Shown here: piece by piece, positions 1-9,752 of the stretch
Layout of the letters: each line of letters begins with the position of its first letter
How positions within the stretch are numbered: the stretch's first letter is position 1
Assembly: GCA_040755335.1 (NCBI GenBank)
Contig: JBFMAU010000001.1
Coordinates: forward strand, 1-59,080
DNA: 59,080 nucleotides
Direction of reading: 5' to 3'
Source: Acidobacteriota bacterium
GTDB taxonomy: Bacteria; Acidobacteriota; Blastocatellia; UBA7656
Translations under genes and position numbers: made by a program
Notes under the pieces: generated by a model
Seen by the model: the letters and a program-made list of their open reading frames with translations, nothing else
Databases searched by the model: none
What the model was told of the DNA's origin: nothing

Positions 1-335
1 ATGACGCCAAAGTTAGAGGCGCCGGATTTCGAGTTCAAACAGAGGACAGGAAGTTCAGAGAATATATCGAAACACACACTCCCATTCTTCAGATGGAGGG
101 AATTACGAAGATATACTTCGCTGTCATTAGCAGCACCTTCACCGAAGATGATTTATCGAGAGCATCCGAAATTGTGCGCGTCACAGCGGCGAAAGCCTGC
201 GTTTTCCTGCAAGCAGATGCTTTGGTTAATATGGTGGAAATGAAAGTGCGTGATCCTCTCAAGTTTGATTTAGAAAAAATCGAGCGCATTTTTCTTCACA
301 CCAAGATAGTCACTCCGAAAGACTTGCCAAAGTAA
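1..335 (+). CDS. 3'-terminal fragment of a gene entering from upstream; tentatively a FokI-like PD-(D/E)XK nuclease C-terminal domain
   Basis: Frame 3 is open from nt 3 to the TAA at 333-335, so the listed 93..335 ORF is only the part after an internal Met. The translation DAKVRGAGFRVQTEDRKFREYIE...KIYFAVISSTF...ACVFLQADALVNMVEMKV...LEKIERIF follows the order of FokI cleavage-domain elements as I remember them. The region looks A/T-richer than the rest of the window. Confidence 0.35.
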   Translation, partial: DAKVRGAGFRVQTEDRKFREYIETHTPILQMEGITKIYFAVISSTFTEDDLSRASEIVRVTAAKACVFLQADALVNMVEMKVRDPLKFDLEKIERIFLHTKIVTPKDLPK

Positions 336-561
336 GAACCAAACACACCTGAAACAAACAATACTATTGACCTCGACCACTCCTGTTCTTATACTCGCCG
401 CGTGGTGAAATGCAGTCGTTCGACCCGTTCAGACTGCGGATTCGAAGCCTTTTCGATCAACTTCTGCGTCTGTTTGTTCGCTCACGATCCACGACGCTCT
501 ACCCGGAACGGGTGATGATTTCCTGCCCCTATCCGCGCATCGACTTAATTCAGGAGCAGGC

Positions 562-2670
562 ATGTCGACTATTCGCAAAGCCGCATTCAATCCCGCTTCC
601 CTTAGCGTCATCCTCGTCGCGACATTATTCCTTGCATCATCTTATATTCGACCTGCTGCCGAGGCCGCAGGCACTCTCATCTCCGCGCCCGACCGCGTCG
701 ATATGGTCTATGACGATCAGCGCAGAATTCTATACATCACAAGCCAGGGGTCTGTGCTTCGCTACAGCCTCGACACCGACTCTTTTCTCAGCCCTTACAC
801 GCCGGGAGGCGACCTGGCAGGAATAGACATCTCGCCCGATGGCAAGATGCTCGCCGTCGCCGACCGCACTCGCACCGCGACGGATGTCTGGATTCATCTC
901 ATCGATCTTGAAACCGATGCGGTCACTCAGGCTCTCTTCGCTCGCGCCGACGGAGAAGGCGGCACATTCTCGGTCGCCTTCGGCAGCGACGGCAATCTGC
1001 TCATCACATCCATCTTCGAAGGATCGGGAACGGTTCCATTGCGCAAATATAATCCTCAGACCGGAGAATCAACCAAAATAGCCGACATCGAAATGAAGTC
1101 TATGGTGACGAGCAGCGGCGACTGGAACGTGATAGCTCTGGCCGAGGCCAACAACCCCGACGGGCCTTTCGGAAGATATCAAGTCGGCGGGCAGTTGCTC
1201 CGCAAGATCGGAAGCGATGGCACCAGACGGTTCAATTATGAAATCGGAGCGAACCGCGACGCCTCGCAGTATGCCGTCATAACCGTCGATACGAGCTACA
1301 TAGTCGATTCGGATCTCGTCAAGCAGAACAACATCGGAGAATCTCCTTCGTCCCGCCCCGTGGGCGTCGTCTATCACCCGGCTGAAGGTATAGTCTATTT
1401 CGCATGGGCCGGAACCACCGAAGTGCGCGCACTCAATACCAACACCTTCAGCGTGCTTGCCGTCCATAATTTTCAAAACAACTTCGGCGCTCCTTCGTCA
1501 GCCTTTCAGGAAGGAAGGTTGAAGATTTCGGGAGACGGTTCGATTCTGTTTGCAACCGTCGCAGGAGGCGTGCGCTACGTCCGCAATTACGCCCCTCTGA
1601 CAGCAGGCGATCAGATGGTCGTGGTAGCCAAAAACGGCTACAAGATAATCACGCTTTCAGGAAGCGTCGGCAACAATGGGCAACTCAAATACAGAGTGCT
1701 GACCGACCCGCAGCACGGATCGTTGAGCGGCGAGGTTCCTGAACTTACATACACGTCCGCGCCCGATTACACAGGCCCGGACAGCTTCACCTTCGAGGTC
1801 AGCTATGGAAGAGCAACGGCCAAAGCAACAGTGACTCTTGATGTCACTGACATCAACGCTCCGCCTCAGGCTATCGGCAGGAACATCACTATAGACGAGG
1901 ATGCGGCGATTTTCGTCCTCCTCGATGGCCGAGACCCGGAAAACGATCCGATGACATACCATATCATCACGCAACCGGCTCACGGGCAGGTGAGCGGGAA
2001 CGGCCCTACGATCATCTATGCTCCTGAGCCGAACTACAGCGGACAGGACAAATTCGAATTCAGAGTGAGCGACGGATTGAACGAAAGCAACAAGGCTACG
2101 ATCGCTATCACCATCAAACCTGTCAACGATCCGCCTGTAGCTGATCCTCAGACCTTGACGCTTGACGAAGACACCGCAAAACAGATCGATCCCAAAGGCT
2201 CGGACGTTGATCGCGATCCGCTCACTTTCGCCATCGCTTCCAACCCGCAGCATGGCACGTTGACCAACTCGCTGTCGGGTTGGGTTTATACACCCGATCC
2301 GAATTACAGCGGCGAAGACTCGTTCACGTTCAAAGCCAACGACAGAAAAGCTGACAGCCTGCCTGCGACAATCATGTTGGTAGTCAATCCGGTCAATGAC
2401 AAACCTGTGGCTGTGAATGATTCGGCTTCGACCAAAAAGAAAAAGACCGTGACGATAAACGCGCTTGCCAACGATTCCGATATCGACGGGGACACTCTTG
2501 CGATCACGTCAACGACGCAAGGCGCTAGAGGAAAAGTCGAAGTCGTCGGGTCGCAGATCAAATACAAACCCAAAACCAAATTCAACGGCACGGACACTTT
2601 CACCTACACCATAACAGACGGTCGCGGAGGCACGGCCACAGCGACTGTGACAGTGACGGTGAAAAAATAG
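562..2670 (+). CDS. Exported repeat protein: N-terminal beta-propeller-like region plus tandem cadherin-like/VCBS-type Ig repeats
   Basis: 702-aa ORF with a hydrophobic signal-like N-terminus (SVILVATLFLASS). The C-terminal half has four ~95-aa modules with the recurring motifs Y(T/A)P(D/E)PNYSGxDSFTF and VND(P/K)PVA. The last module contains NALANDSDIDGDTL. Confidence 0.8.
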   Translation: MSTIRKAAFNPASLSVILVATLFLASSYIRPAAEAAGTLISAPDRVDMVYDDQRRILYITSQGSVLRYSLDTDSFLSPYTPGGDLAGIDISPDGKMLAVADRTRTATDVWIHLIDLETDAVTQALFARADGEGGTFSVAFGSDGNLLITSIFEGSGTVPLRKYNPQTGESTKIADIEMKSMVTSSGDWNVIALAEANNPDGPFGRYQVGGQLLRKIGSDGTRRFNYEIGANRDASQYAVITVDTSYIVDSDLVKQNNIGESPSSRPVGVVYHPAEGIVYFAWAGTTEVRALNTNTFSVLAVHNFQNNFGAPSSAFQEGRLKISGDGSILFATVAGGVRYVRNYAPLTAGDQMVVVAKNGYKIITLSGSVGNNGQLKYRVLTDPQHGSLSGEVPELTYTSAPDYTGPDSFTFEVSYGRATAKATVTLDVTDINAPPQAIGRNITIDEDAAIFVLLDGRDPENDPMTYHIITQPAHGQVSGNGPTIIYAPEPNYSGQDKFEFRVSDGLNESNKATIAITIKPVNDPPVADPQTLTLDEDTAKQIDPKGSDVDRDPLTFAIASNPQHGTLTNSLSGWVYTPDPNYSGEDSFTFKANDRKADSLPATIMLVVNPVNDKPVAVNDSASTKKKKTVTINALANDSDIDGDTLAITSTTQGARGKVEVVGSQIKYKPKTKFNGTDTFTYTITDGRGGTATATVTVTVKK

Positions 2671-2682
2671 TCTGTCGGATTC

Positions 2683-2716
2683 AGAGCGCGGAATGGAACT
2701 TTGCATTCCGCGCTCT
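2683..2716 (+). terminator. Hairpin after the repeat-protein gene (13-bp stem AGAGCGCGGAATG / CATTCCGCGCTCT)
   Basis: Perfect inverted repeat starting 13 nt after the TAG at 2668-2670. No clear U-run follows, so it could be a weak terminator or an mRNA-stabilising hairpin. Confidence 0.45.
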
Positions 2717-2805
2717 CTGGACTCTCTGGCTTTCTACGGCTACATTTTCATTTCTCAAAGCCGCTGTCTCAGTGGAACAGCAAGCACAATCGAAGAGGTT
2801 CGCTG

Positions 2806-4179
2806 ATGAAAAAAGCTGTTCTGATTTTCGCCCTCCTGTCTCTGCTCGCTTCCGCGAGCGGGCAAAACAATAAACCCGCGGGAAGCGCGCTCAACCCGAC
2901 TATACAGAAAATCGCCCGCGAAATCTCCGCCGCAAATATCGAAGCCATAATCAGGAAGCTTGTGGGCTTTCACACTCGGCATACGCTTTCGGAAACTGAA
3001 AGCGAAACGCGGGGGATAGGCGCGGCGCGGCGATGGATCAAATCCGAACTCGAACGCTACAGCCGGGAAGCGGGCGGGCGGCTTCAGGTCGAATTCGATG
3101 AGTTCACTCAACCGGCAGGCGGGCGCATCCCCCGACCCACTCAAATCGTCAACGTAGTCACCACGCTTCCCGGCTCTCAGGCTGAATCGAAAGATCGAAT
3201 CTATGTCGTCAGCGGCCACTACGATTCGCGCGCTTCCAACGGCGCAGATGCCACGAGCGCGGCTCCCGGAGCCAACGACGACGCATCAGGCACAGCCGCC
3301 GTTATGGAGATGGCTCGCGTGATGTCGAAATATCAATTCGACGCGACGCTCGTCTTTATGGCCGTGGCCGCAGAGGAGCAGGGACTAAACGGCTCGACCC
3401 ATTGGGCCGAGATGGCGCGTCAGAAAAAGCTCAACATCGCCGGAATGATCACCAATGACATAGTTGGCAACTCTCGCGCTGAGGATGGAACTGTCGATGA
3501 CAAGCAGGTGAGGTTGTTTGCCGAAGGCGTCCCTCCCATGCGAGAGATGACCGACGAATGGCGCGCGCTCCTTCAGACGGGCGGAGAAAACGACGGCCCT
3601 ACTCGTCAGCTTGCGCGCTACATAAAAGAGATCGGCGAGCGCTATGTGCCGCAGATGAAGGTCAACATCATTTATCGCAAGGACAGATATCTTCGCGGAG
3701 GCGATCATTCGCCGTTTCTTGAGAGGGGATTTGCGGCTGTGCGAATGACAGAGCCTAATGAAGACTATCGCCGTCAGCACCAGAACGTCCGCAAGGAAAA
3801 CGGCATACAGTATGGCGACCTTCCTGAGTTCGTCGATTTCAATTACGTGGCTCAGGTGACTCGGATAAACGCCGTCTCGCTTGCAAGCCTCGCGCTCGCG
3901 CCCGCCTCTCCCGCCAATGTTCAGATGGAACTGAGGCTGGAAAACGACACCACGATTCGATGGGAAGCCAACAAAGAGCCTGACATCGCAGGCTATCAGA
4001 TAGTATGGCGAGAGACGACCGCGCCTTTCTGGCAGAATAAAATTTTCGTCGGCAACGTCACGCGCTACACGTTCAAAAAAATCTCGAAGGACAATTATCT
4101 GTTCGGGGTTCAGGCCGTAGATAAGGATGGCAACGCGAGCGTAGCCGTTTATCCGCGACCCGCGCGACGCGAGCGTTGA
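2806..4179 (+). CDS. Exported M28-family zinc aminopeptidase with a C-terminal FN3-like domain
   Basis: I moved the start to the ATG at 2806 (MKKAVLIFALLSLLASASG signal peptide). M28 metal-ligand motifs are present: SGHYDS, GANDDASGTAAVMEMARV, AAEEQGLNGS, GGDHSPF. Confidence 0.85.
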   Translation: MKKAVLIFALLSLLASASGQNNKPAGSALNPTIQKIAREISAANIEAIIRKLVGFHTRHTLSETESETRGIGAARRWIKSELERYSREAGGRLQVEFDEFTQPAGGRIPRPTQIVNVVTTLPGSQAESKDRIYVVSGHYDSRASNGADATSAAPGANDDASGTAAVMEMARVMSKYQFDATLVFMAVAAEEQGLNGSTHWAEMARQKKLNIAGMITNDIVGNSRAEDGTVDDKQVRLFAEGVPPMREMTDEWRALLQTGGENDGPTRQLARYIKEIGERYVPQMKVNIIYRKDRYLRGGDHSPFLERGFAAVRMTEPNEDYRRQHQNVRKENGIQYGDLPEFVDFNYVAQVTRINAVSLASLALAPASPANVQMELRLENDTTIRWEANKEPDIAGYQIVWRETTAPFWQNKIFVGNVTRYTFKKISKDNYLFGVQAVDKDGNASVAVYPRPARRER

Positions 4180-4316
4180 AGAGATGAAAGGGACTGGCTT
4201 TCAAAATGCGTTTGTCCAGTAAACCCTTATGACTCGATACAGCCGCTTCCGGGAAGCGTCTTGTGACGACGCACAGGCCGTTGCTCTCATTTGCTATCGC
4301 TGTCGAGGCTACAGAC

Positions 4317-6236
4317 ATGAACCTGACTTTACGAGCGATCAAAGCTGTCGCAATCGTCGCTGCCGTCTTCTTAGCGCTCGCCATGCACGGGCCGCGCGCT
4401 GGTAAAAACATCGACACAAAAACCGATCACATAAAAAGCGGTGCGGTTCAGCCTGCTCTTGCTCGCGACATCTCTCGACCGCTCTGGTCGCTGGCAGATT
4501 CCGACGGAGAAACGAATGGCGGCGCGAACCACTCGTCTGACTCTGTTCGCCATTCGCTGCTCGCCGTTCCTTTACGGATGCCGGATGGCGAAGGCGGCGA
4601 AACCGAGCAGCAGAGTCCCGCGGCTCCGATCACGCCGCCTGTGATTACGATCCCCGCAGGCGCGGAGAAGGTCGAACAGAAGTTTCAGGGCGCTCGTCCG
4701 GGCGCGTCACTCGTCGAAAGCTTCGATGGGCTTGGCGTCGGGTTTGAAGGTCCGCAGGGCGCTGCCGCTTTGCGCAACCCGTCCGACAACAGTCTTGCGG
4801 TCGGGCCAAATCACATTTTCCAGATCGTCAATTCGCGAATGGCGATCTACACAAAGAAAGGCAGACAGTTTGCCACGACGGGCAAAGTTCTGTACGGGCC
4901 TGTCCCGACCAACACTGTCTTCAAAGGCTTCGGCGGCGCGTGCGAGGCTATCAATAACGGCGATGCTGTCGTGCGTTATGACCAGCTTGCTGATCGCTGG
5001 CTCGTAGTGATGCCGACCTTTCGCCGCGGGCTAGTCCGTCCAGACCAGCCGCAACCCGGACGAGATGGCGACCCCGCTCAGGTGAGCGTGCCGGGTCAGG
5101 CGGGCCAACCGGGTCAGGCCGCTCGACTCTTTGTGCCTGCGCCCAGCCCTCCCATTCAAGCCGGACAACCGCCCCAGCGCGGGCCGCGCCCGCAACAACC
5201 CGGCCCGCAGGGGCCTTACTCGATGTGCTATGCGGTCAGCACTGGCCCTGATCCGTTCGGGCCTTACTACAGATATGAATTCCTGCGTCCGCTCTTCCCG
5301 GATTATCCGCGACCGGCGATCTGGCCTGATGGCTACTACATCCCAACCAGCACTGGCGACGAAGTGATTCAAAAACATGCGTGCGTCGCGGATCGCGCCA
5401 GGATGCTCAGGGGCGAGCCTGCCACCGAGCAGTGCGTCGTTATCGACGGCGCGAATTTCCTCAACAACGCGGATGTCGATGGCAAGAGACTTCCGCCTCC
5501 CGGCGCTCCGAACATTATGATGGCAGCGGGCGGCACACAACTGAAAAAGGTTTTCGAGGATGATGAAATCTTCGTCTGGAAGTTCCACGTTGACTGGAAG
5601 AATCCGGCAAACACGAAAATCACTGGCCCGGAGAAGATCGCCGTAGCTCCATATCGTTACTTGTGCGACGGGCAGCTTACGAACTGCGTGCCGCAGCCGG
5701 GAACGCAAGCGCGGCTCGACGCGCAGGGCGACAAGATCATGGCGCGGTTGGTCTATCGCAGGATCGGCAACCGCGAGTCAATCGTGGCAGTTCATTCGGT
5801 CAACACTTCAGCCGGAGCAGGCGGCGTGCGATGGTATGAGTTCCGCGTCAATAAAGACCGGAGCATCCGACTGCATCAACAGGGTACATACACGCCCGAC
5901 GGTTTTTATCGGTGGATGGCCAGTCCGGCCATTGATGGGCTGGGCAATATCGGCATAGGGTACTCGTTTGGCGGGACTCCGAATTTCGCTGGCCAGCGAT
6001 TCGCGGGTCGAGCGGCCAATGATCCTCCCGGCCAGTTGACGCTTCGCGAGACGGTGCTGGTTGAAGGCGAAGGAGCGCAGAATGCGATGCGCTGGGAGGA
6101 CTACACACAGACGGCCATCGACCCGACGGACGACTGCACGATCTGGTACGTCGGCGACTACATCAGGAAAGGCGCGACGAGCTACTCGACCCGCATAGGC
6201 GCGTTTCGCCTTCCCGGCTGCCGAGGCAGGCGTTGA
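4317..6236 (+). CDS. Exported protein of unknown function with an internal Pro/Gln/Gly-rich low-complexity insert
   Basis: Long ORF; the likely start is the ATG at 4317 (MNLTLRAIKAVAIVAAVFLALA signal/anchor). I recognise no catalytic motif. The PQ-rich segment is at about 5035-5215. Confidence 0.6.
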   Translation: MNLTLRAIKAVAIVAAVFLALAMHGPRAGKNIDTKTDHIKSGAVQPALARDISRPLWSLADSDGETNGGANHSSDSVRHSLLAVPLRMPDGEGGETEQQSPAAPITPPVITIPAGAEKVEQKFQGARPGASLVESFDGLGVGFEGPQGAAALRNPSDNSLAVGPNHIFQIVNSRMAIYTKKGRQFATTGKVLYGPVPTNTVFKGFGGACEAINNGDAVVRYDQLADRWLVVMPTFRRGLVRPDQPQPGRDGDPAQVSVPGQAGQPGQAARLFVPAPSPPIQAGQPPQRGPRPQQPGPQGPYSMCYAVSTGPDPFGPYYRYEFLRPLFPDYPRPAIWPDGYYIPTSTGDEVIQKHACVADRARMLRGEPATEQCVVIDGANFLNNADVDGKRLPPPGAPNIMMAAGGTQLKKVFEDDEIFVWKFHVDWKNPANTKITGPEKIAVAPYRYLCDGQLTNCVPQPGTQARLDAQGDKIMARLVYRRIGNRESIVAVHSVNTSAGAGGVRWYEFRVNKDRSIRLHQQGTYTPDGFYRWMASPAIDGLGNIGIGYSFGGTPNFAGQRFAGRAANDPPGQLTLRETVLVEGEGAQNAMRWEDYTQTAIDPTDDCTIWYVGDYIRKGATSYSTRIGAFRLPGCRGRR

Positions 6237-6335
6237 CAGGGCAGACGCAAGCGGAATGTGTTGAAGAGGTGAATAGGTGAATAAGTGATTTGAGGGTTGC
6301 TTGCTGATCAGGCTGCTACTCGTTTCTCCAACCAC

Positions 6336-7187
6336 TCAATCCGCAATTTTTCCCCGTGCATATATCGGCATCGTCGGCTGCAATGATCCGCCCCGCGGCT
6401 CAAGCGTCACGGCAGCGGCGATGAGATGATCGATATTCGAAGGGATATCCAGCACCCCGTAGCCGTGTCCCGTCTGATCTGATTCGATCACGCCCGCGCT
6501 CACTTTCGCCTTGGGAGTGATGAACCATAGCTGATAGACCTTCCCTTCGGGCGCGGGAGGCATATCCATCGTCACCGCCCAGCGACGGTTGCCAGTGTCC
6601 CAGTAAATCCGCGCGGAAGAGGACCGCCCTTCGAGTTTTATTACGCGAGAGCCGGGAGTCACGAGAATTTGATTGATCTGCTCCATCTCCGCCACTCTTC
6701 GACTTTCGGCATCGATGCCTGATCTGAGACCTTCGACTTCGTGATTGAAGGCGGCCAGTTGTTCCTGCATACGTCTCACCGTCTGTCCGGAACGCCGCCA
6801 TGACTCGAACGAAACGAGAGCCAGTATCGCAAACAACGTGGCAAGCGCCCACTGAAGAAAATCCGCGCGCAAAAGGAATCGCCTCTCTGATCCTCGCTTC
6901 TGAATGAGGACAGTTTTTTCTATGAGAGATGAATCCGCCGCCGCGGAGCTTTCCGATTCTATGCGCTCAATCAACAGGAAGCGAGCTTCCCGGCGAGGCG
7001 TGACCGCAGGAGCGAGGAGACCCAAAGCCCCCACCACCATATCGAATTCTTTCAGTTCTTCGGAGCATACCTGACACCCTTCGAATAAGTGATCTTCGAA
7101 TGCGTTTGCTTCGCGCTGGCTCATCGCGCCGAGCGCGTACAACGCGGCGCGCTCTGTTATGTTGTCGTCTGAAGTCTGATGCTTCAT
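6336..7187 (-). CDS. Anti-sigma factor, RskA-like (zf-HC2 N-terminus, one TM segment, anti-sigma-K C-terminal domain)
   Basis: HLFEGCQVC (H-x3-C-x2-C) motif. TM segment FLQWALATLFAILALVSF. C-terminal YQLWFITPKAKVSAGVI...AVTLEPRGGSLQPT is typical of RskA. The start overlaps the sigma-factor stop at 7187. Confidence 0.8.
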   Translation of the reverse strand: MKHQTSDDNITERAALYALGAMSQREANAFEDHLFEGCQVCSEELKEFDMVVGALGLLAPAVTPRREARFLLIERIESESSAAADSSLIEKTVLIQKRGSERRFLLRADFLQWALATLFAILALVSFESWRRSGQTVRRMQEQLAAFNHEVEGLRSGIDAESRRVAEMEQINQILVTPGSRVIKLEGRSSSARIYWDTGNRRWAVTMDMPPAPEGKVYQLWFITPKAKVSAGVIESDQTGHGYGVLDIPSNIDHLIAAAVTLEPRGGSLQPTMPIYARGKIAD

Positions 7188-7828
7188 CAGTGTTTCTCCA
7201 ATAGCGGCTCAAGCATCCTGCGGAGCTTCACCATGCCAAGCCGCGTGCGCGTCTTTACTGTGCCGAGGGGCTGATTGAGTCTTGCGGCGATCTCGCTGTG
7301 GCTCAGACCTGCGTAGTAAGCCAGTTCTATGACCTCTCTTTGTTCCGGGGAGAGAGCGTCCAGAGCGGAACGCACCAGACGCCTGCGCTCTGAAAAAACG
7401 AGCGCGTCTTCAGGGTTCGATTCGCGGGACTGAAACTCGGCGGCCGTTTCGATATCTTCTCTGCGCTCGACCGCCGCGCTTTCCGAGCGCAGCCGATTGA
7501 GGGCGCGACTGCGGGCTATGACGAGCAGCCACGAAAGCGCCGCGCCGCGCTCAGGGTCATAGAGCGCGGCCTGTCGCCATACCTGAGTGTAGACATCGAG
7601 CAGTATCTCTTCTGAGGCCGAAGCGTCGCGCAGTATGCGCACTATCAATCCGAATATGAGCCGCTTCGTCGTGTCGTAGAGAGCCGCCAGAGCCTGTTGA
7701 TCTCCTTCAGCCACTCGACCGATGAGCGAGGCCCAATCCTGATCGCGCATGGCATCTGTGGGGCGACCTGAAACCGGGACTGCCGTTTCGCTCAATGCGC
7801 CGTCATCTTCTATAATGTCCGACTCCAT
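7187..7828 (-). CDS. ECF-type RNA polymerase sigma-70 family factor (SigK-like)
   Basis: Region 2 (LIFGLIVRILRDASASEEILLDVYTQVWRQAALYD) and region 4 (LSPEQREVIELAYYAGLSHSEIAARLNQPLGTVKTRTRLG) are recognisable. It is coupled to the downstream anti-sigma gene. Confidence 0.88.
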   Translation of the reverse strand: MESDIIEDDGALSETAVPVSGRPTDAMRDQDWASLIGRVAEGDQQALAALYDTTKRLIFGLIVRILRDASASEEILLDVYTQVWRQAALYDPERGAALSWLLVIARSRALNRLRSESAAVERREDIETAAEFQSRESNPEDALVFSERRRLVRSALDALSPEQREVIELAYYAGLSHSEIAARLNQPLGTVKTRTRLGMVKLRRMLEPLLEKH

Positions 7829-8181
7829 TTCTCATCTGTCCACTGGTATCAGGCTCGTTCAGTGCAGTGCGCTCGCCCGATTAAAAAACTTCCGCCCGAC
7901 TCCAAAGCGCTCTTCTATCGCGCAAGTATTCGGGAATCAAATACTGGCCAGACGCGCGGATACCTTCATCGGGGAGTAATGGAGCAGGCTTTGGGTTTCG
8001 CTCAAATTAAGAATACAGGCTGGGCGACGGCAATGGATTCGTCCGCAAAAAAGTTTTTGAAAGCAAATCCAATCCGCGGATGCGCCTGTAATGATTTGAC
8101 GACAACAACGCAAAACACAGGCGTGGTAGGCTGAATAATCCCCAGAAAAAATTCTTGTCAAAGAAGCGGAAGGAGTAGTGT

Positions 8182-9645
8182 ATGCATAAACGGTTCAAAG
8201 CCACTCGGCGCGTCATCGCGCTCGCTCTGCTTGTCTTCATCTCCGGCGTAATCATCGCGCAGCGACCCTCTCTGGCATCCTCCCACATGGATGCTCCACT
8301 GATAACGCTGGACCCGGCGGCCAATACGACCGACGTTTACGCTTTCGTTCAGGATGAAAGCAGCGGCCCTGTGCTGGTCACGGCCCTCGGCGTATACCCG
8401 CACCAGGAGCCGGGCATCGGCCCCAACAAATACAACTTCGATGATGATGTTCTCTACGAGATTCACGTCTCGACGGGCGATGACCTTCGCATCGGACGCG
8501 CCACCTTCAGCTATCAATTCAGATTCAACACGACGTTCAAGAATCAAAGAACGATCCTGCAATCCTACCTCGGTGTGATCAATAACGTGGGAGATGCCGG
8601 ACAGAATCTCGTTCAGACCTACACGATCACAAAGGTTGATCGCAGAACGGGCAAAAGCACGCTGCTCGGCGCGGGCATCTGCCCGCCGAACAATCAGGGC
8701 AACGCCACGCCTTTTTATAATCAGGGGGACAATGGCGAAAACCTGGCCAAAGACGGAGTGGCTACCGAGGCGGAACTTGATCGCTACACCCGACAGACGA
8801 TCTTCTCCCTGAGAAACGGTTACATCGCCTTTGCGGGTCAGCGCGATGACGGGTTCTATGCAGACATTCAGTCTGTGTTCGACCTTCTGCGACTGCGCAA
8901 TCCGGGCAAGGACTCGCAGGGCGGATTCAATCTTCACCTGATGGCGCTGGCCATTCCTCTGAGCGAACTGGGCGGCCCGATGCAGGTAGCCGGGGTCTAT
9001 GCCACGACCAGCCGCAGGGCCATCAGGATATTGAACGCGGGCAAGAGCGGAGTTTTTAACGACGGGCCATTCGTTCAGGTCGCCCGACAGGGAAATCCGT
9101 TGTTCAACGAAGGACTGGTAGCCATAGAGGATAAAGATCGCTACAGCAGATCATCGCCCGTCGTAGATTCGACGGTGTTCCGCAAATACGCGCTCAACCC
9201 TGAACTGGCCAGACTTATCAACGCGCTGGTCTTCAAGACTCCCGTCGCGCCCGAAACAAACCGCACCGATATCGCCGGAATTTTCATCCCCGACATGATC
9301 AAAGTCGACCTCTCGACAGGCCCGTGCAGACTTGCAGGAGGCGGCCCCAATCATCCGACCAACCCCGATGATGCGGGCTTTTCGCGCCTGAGCATCTTCG
9401 GCGGAGACACGCTCATCAGCCGACTTACAGGAAGAGCCGTCCCCGGCGGATGGCCCAATGGAAGGCGCTTCGGCGATGACGTGCTGGATATAGCTGTGAC
9501 GGCTCTCATCAGCGACCTGCGCCCCACGCCGCCGATCATACGAGGGCCTGCGGGCGACGGAGTCGATCAAAACGATATGGCTTTCAACAAGGTCTTCCCT
9601 TACGAATCGACCCCGCAAAACGGGCGCAACCATACTCATCCGTAG
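8182..9645 (+). CDS. DUF4331 domain-containing exported protein
   Basis: Signal peptide followed by SSHMDAPLITLDPAANTTDVYAF, the characteristic DUF4331 N-terminal motif (SSHREAP...D.YAF). Confidence 0.75.
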   Translation: MHKRFKATRRVIALALLVFISGVIIAQRPSLASSHMDAPLITLDPAANTTDVYAFVQDESSGPVLVTALGVYPHQEPGIGPNKYNFDDDVLYEIHVSTGDDLRIGRATFSYQFRFNTTFKNQRTILQSYLGVINNVGDAGQNLVQTYTITKVDRRTGKSTLLGAGICPPNNQGNATPFYNQGDNGENLAKDGVATEAELDRYTRQTIFSLRNGYIAFAGQRDDGFYADIQSVFDLLRLRNPGKDSQGGFNLHLMALAIPLSELGGPMQVAGVYATTSRRAIRILNAGKSGVFNDGPFVQVARQGNPLFNEGLVAIEDKDRYSRSSPVVDSTVFRKYALNPELARLINALVFKTPVAPETNRTDIAGIFIPDMIKVDLSTGPCRLAGGGPNHPTNPDDAGFSRLSIFGGDTLISRLTGRAVPGGWPNGRRFGDDVLDIAVTALISDLRPTPPIIRGPAGDGVDQNDMAFNKVFPYESTPQNGRNHTHP

Positions 9646-9718
9646 CGCCTTGAGCAACACGGCTTCATCAATCCTGTGATCGATGAAGAATCTCTCTTTT
9701 CTTTCTCGCACCACTTCA

Positions 9719-9745
9719 GGGGCCGGAGACCCGGCCCCTTTTTTT
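9719..9745 (+). terminator. Rho-independent terminator (GGGGCCGG-agac-CCGGCCCC + T7)
   Basis: Perfect 8-bp GC stem, 4-nt loop and a TTTTTTT run, located between the DUF4331 and TPR genes. Confidence 0.8.
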
Positions 9746-9752
9746 GATCGCC

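Noticed and set aside
2701-2805. N-terminal extensions given by the ORF track. Examples: 2701 for the M28 peptidase, 4263, 11253, 14024, 15045, 16528, 25695, 36990, 39894, 42808, 46567 and 48091.
   Set aside because: The extensions start at TTG/GTG or run through REP elements or terminators. An internal ATG preceded by an SD gives a canonical signal peptide or a homolog-like N-terminus, so I used the shorter coordinates.
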